This document shows, in pieces, positions 61,815 through 64,000 of a stretch of 64,000 nt of DNA. The DNA lies in contig JAMDCU010000131.1 in assembly GCA_023489485.1 (NCBI GenBank), positions 24,862-88,861 of the forward strand. The letters are read 5' to 3'. The notes below the pieces were generated by a model, which did no database searches, had not been told where the DNA came from, and saw nothing but the letters and a program-made list of their open reading frames with translations. The stretch comes from Chloroflexota bacterium. GTDB taxonomy: Bacteria > Chloroflexota > Anaerolineae > UBA4142. The translations under genes and the position numbers were made by a program. How positions within the stretch are numbered: position 1 is the stretch's first letter; the number at the start of each line of letters is the position of its first letter.

Positions 61815-63011
61815 ATGCAGATCTCTTGTCTTCAGGAACACCTGGCCAAAGGACTGGCCGTCACGAGCCGAGCGGTTTCGAACAAATCACCGCTCCCGAT
61901 CCTCACCCACGTCCTCTTGGATGCACGCAACTCCAAGGGAGGTGAGAGCAAGGTGCGGCTAGCGGCGACCAACCTCGAAGTTGGCATCAGCTGCTGGGTA
62001 GCGGCTCAGATTGAAGCGCCGGGCGCCATCGCCGTTCCGGCGCGCTTGATGGCGGATTTCGTCAACGCGCTCCCAACGGAGCGGGTGGGTCTTGCCCTGA
62101 ATGCCAAGACCCAGACCCTGGGTCTCAAGTGCGGCTATCAGAATGCCAACGTGAAAGGGATCGACGCACAAGAGTTTCCCGCAATGAATGCGGTCTGGCA
62201 GCCCGCCTTAAGAGCCGCGTTACAGGCGAAGGGGCTGCGCGAGCTCCTCGATCGGGTCGCCTTTGCAGCAGCGACAGAAGATTCGCGGCCAATCCTGACC
62301 GGGGTCTTCGCCCAGTTCAAGGACAAGCGGCTGACGCTCGCAGGTGCGGATGGCTTTCGGCTTTCGGTGCAGCACGCGGCCCTCGTCGACTCGGTCGAAC
62401 CATTCCAGGTCGTCATCCCGGCCCGGGCTCTGCAGGAAGTCATGCGGGTGTGCGGGGAGCAGTCCGAACCGGTGGAGATCACCGTCAACGAAAACCGAAC
62501 GCAGGTGAGAATTACGCTGACCGGCATTGAGGTGACAGCCCAGCTCATCGATGGAGCCTTCCCCGATTTCAATCGCATCGTTCCCAAGGAACACACGAGC
62601 CGCGCCGTCGTGACGACGAGCGAGCTCACGTCCGCCATCCGAATGGCATGCGTCTTTGTCGAGAAGAACGGGAATCACAATGGAATTCGCCTAGAAGCCG
62701 ATTGCGCGCACGGCCGCGTCATTGTGCTCGGTGCGAATGCCGAACGCGGCGATGCTGTTGGCGAAGTGGATGCCGCGATTGAAGGCGAGGCTTTCCACGT
62801 GTCTCTCCAAGCCCCCTACCTCTTGCAGCTCCTGGAGCGCTTTACATCCCCGCAGCTCGCCATCGAATTCTTGAAGAGTGAACCCCATCCGGCTCCGGTC
62901 GTCGTGAGAGTCGTCGGAGACGAAGACTTTCTCCATGTGATGATGCCGCTCGAAGAGAAACGCGCGGCTCCCAAAGAGAAGAAAGAGAAAGCGGCTGACA
63001 AGCCCAAGTGA
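61815..63011 (+). CDS. dnaN: DNA polymerase III beta sliding clamp homologue with a Lys/Glu-rich C-terminal tail
   Basis: 'MQISCLQEHLAKGLAVTSRAVSNKSPLPILTHVLLDA', 'RPILTGV' and 'IDGAFPDFNRIVP' are colinear with DnaN. About 17 extra residues, 'EEKRAAPKEKKEKAADKPK', follow. Confidence 0.9.
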   Translation: MQISCLQEHLAKGLAVTSRAVSNKSPLPILTHVLLDARNSKGGESKVRLAATNLEVGISCWVAAQIEAPGAIAVPARLMADFVNALPTERVGLALNAKTQTLGLKCGYQNANVKGIDAQEFPAMNAVWQPALRAALQAKGLRELLDRVAFAAATEDSRPILTGVFAQFKDKRLTLAGADGFRLSVQHAALVDSVEPFQVVIPARALQEVMRVCGEQSEPVEITVNENRTQVRITLTGIEVTAQLIDGAFPDFNRIVPKEHTSRAVVTTSELTSAIRMACVFVEKNGNHNGIRLEADCAHGRVIVLGANAERGDAVGEVDAAIEGEAFHVSLQAPYLLQLLERFTSPQLAIEFLKSEPHPAPVVVRVVGDEDFLHVMMPLEEKRAAPKEKKEKAADKPK

Positions 63012-63054
63012 AAGTCAGCGCCCCGATCGATCTGCCCCCCAGTTCCCCGCCCGA

Positions 63055-64000
63055 ATGGCCTCTCCAAATCTCATGCCCAATTTCATAGTCTCCTTTGAGC
63101 AGACGGCTCTGCAAAAGGGAGCTCATCTCCGTCGCTTGTTCACGGATGAACGCCGCGAGGAAGAGGAGAGTCTGCTCCGGCTCTTTCGAGAAGGCAAGCA
63201 CTGGCACCCGCTGCCGAAGGAGCGCAGGAAATGCCCGCATGCACTCGCCGTGGACGGAGGATCGCGACGGCTGGAGCTCGCGAACGGCAGCCTCCTCATC
63301 ATCGGGCAGGCGTTGATCCTGGGTGAAGGCGTCGAGGATGCAATCGTCGATATCGAGGTTGTCCGCGGAAGCGTGCCCCACACGACGGCAGAGCGCTTCG
63401 CCGATCTCTTTCTCCAGCGCCTCGAAGTCCACCTCGCCGCCAAGCACATCCAGCATATGGAAAGCGAAGGGATGGTGCTCCTCGACGGCGCCCTTTACAG
63501 CGGACTACCGCAGCTCTATCCGCTCCGAGCGGAGACGCTGGAAGACCCTACGCAGCAACTGGTCGAGGATTACGAAAGAATCTTTGATGCCTGCGGCCGA
63601 GGTTGTATGGTCGTCTCTGTAGCCAAGTCGAGCCGTGAGACCCTCTTGTCGCAGTTGTTGCAGTCGGACGCCGGCATTCCGGAGAGAGATCGACTCGCGA
63701 TTCCCGACAGCGAGATTATCTATCGCTGGACAGAGGACCTGGCCGGGTTCTCCACGCCAGTGCTCTTGGGCACCCGCTCGTTCACCGAAGGATCAAGCCG
63801 GGCGCTCCTCGAACCGGGCAGTCCCGTTACCCGGATGCCGGCAGTTGTCTCCTTTTTCCTGCGCCCCGATGATTTTGCTCCCGCTTGGCGTGTTGATGTC
63901 CCAGGCGTCTGCGTGGGGAGAAAGGAAAGGCTGGGCGACCTTGAGGCAGGGTGGGTGGATGCGAAAGTGTTGGAACCCCTCATCGCCTCACTGCTCGCGG
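63055..64000 (+). CDS. NurA-like nuclease (3'-truncated by the window edge; absent from the ORF track)
   Basis: The frame is open from ATG 63055 (or 63073) to the window end. 'HALAVDGGSRRLELANGSLLII' and 'MVLLDGALYSG' match the NurA D-G-S and LLDG-S/A-L motifs. Confidence 0.7.
   Translation, partial: MASPNLMPNFIVSFEQTALQKGAHLRRLFTDERREEEESLLRLFREGKHWHPLPKERRKCPHALAVDGGSRRLELANGSLLIIGQALILGEGVEDAIVDIEVVRGSVPHTTAERFADLFLQRLEVHLAAKHIQHMESEGMVLLDGALYSGLPQLYPLRAETLEDPTQQLVEDYERIFDACGRGCMVVSVAKSSRETLLSQLLQSDAGIPERDRLAIPDSEIIYRWTEDLAGFSTPVLLGTRSFTEGSSRALLEPGSPVTRMPAVVSFFLRPDDFAPAWRVDVPGVCVGRKERLGDLEAGWVDAKVLEPLIASLLA

Noticed and set aside
62842-63456. 204-aa minus-strand ORF after dnaN
   Set aside because: The opposite strand carries an open frame with NurA motifs running to the window end, so the minus ORF is its shadow.
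1-64000. Search for CRISPR arrays, tRNA/rRNA genes, integrases, transposases, reverse transcriptases and CD-NTases
   Set aside because: I saw no regularly spaced repeat-spacer array, and no tRNA-like cloverleaf sequence in the intergenic regions (13900-14293, 42667-43480, 48572-49985). No ORF carried recombinase, RT or cyclase motifs. Element boundaries therefore cannot be set from this window.

Overview
This window is dense, mostly co-directional coding sequence from a high-GC mobile element, either a conjugative plasmid or an ICE. Neither element end nor any integrase lies in the window. All calls rest on motifs read by eye; no homology search was run.

The window has three modules:
- **1-13.9 kb (+ strand), conjugation and partition.** A monoderm-type transfer module: PrgI-like protein, VirB4-like ATPase, M23 peptidase, a GH clan-A-like hydrolase, a VirD4/TraD-like coupling protein and a replication-relaxation-family protein. 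It is followed by ParB translationally coupled to a DnaB-C-terminal-like ATPase.
- **14.3-48.6 kb, cargo and defence island**, visibly more AT-rich in parts.
  - A five-gene operon: PAS-GAF histidine kinase, CheY-like receiver, TIR/pseudo-receiver fusion, 3-TM protein and phosphotriesterase-family hydrolase.
  - A PLD-nuclease plus DUF3883 pair directly downstream of a complete type 1 BREX locus (brxA-brxB-brxC-pglX-pglZ-brxL).
  - An AddAB/AdnAB-like helicase-nuclease pair.
  - On the + strand, a cluster of a TM protein, a DUF2726 nuclease-fold protein, a small protein and a Rad50/RloC-like ABC ATPase with a CxxC hook.
- **49-64 kb (+ strand), replication and maintenance.** An ORF-poor region with iteron-like repeats, then UvrD/PcrA helicase and DnaG-like primase. 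These are tightly coupled to a PRTRC-like ubiquitin-like cassette (Ubl, E2-like, JAB, E1). VapBC, an extra DnaN sliding clamp and a NurA-like nuclease running off the window end follow.

The best candidates for undescribed systems are the kinase-controlled TIR operon, the DUF2726/hook-ATPase cluster, and the Ubl cassette linked to a clamp-binding-motif protein and an element-encoded clamp.
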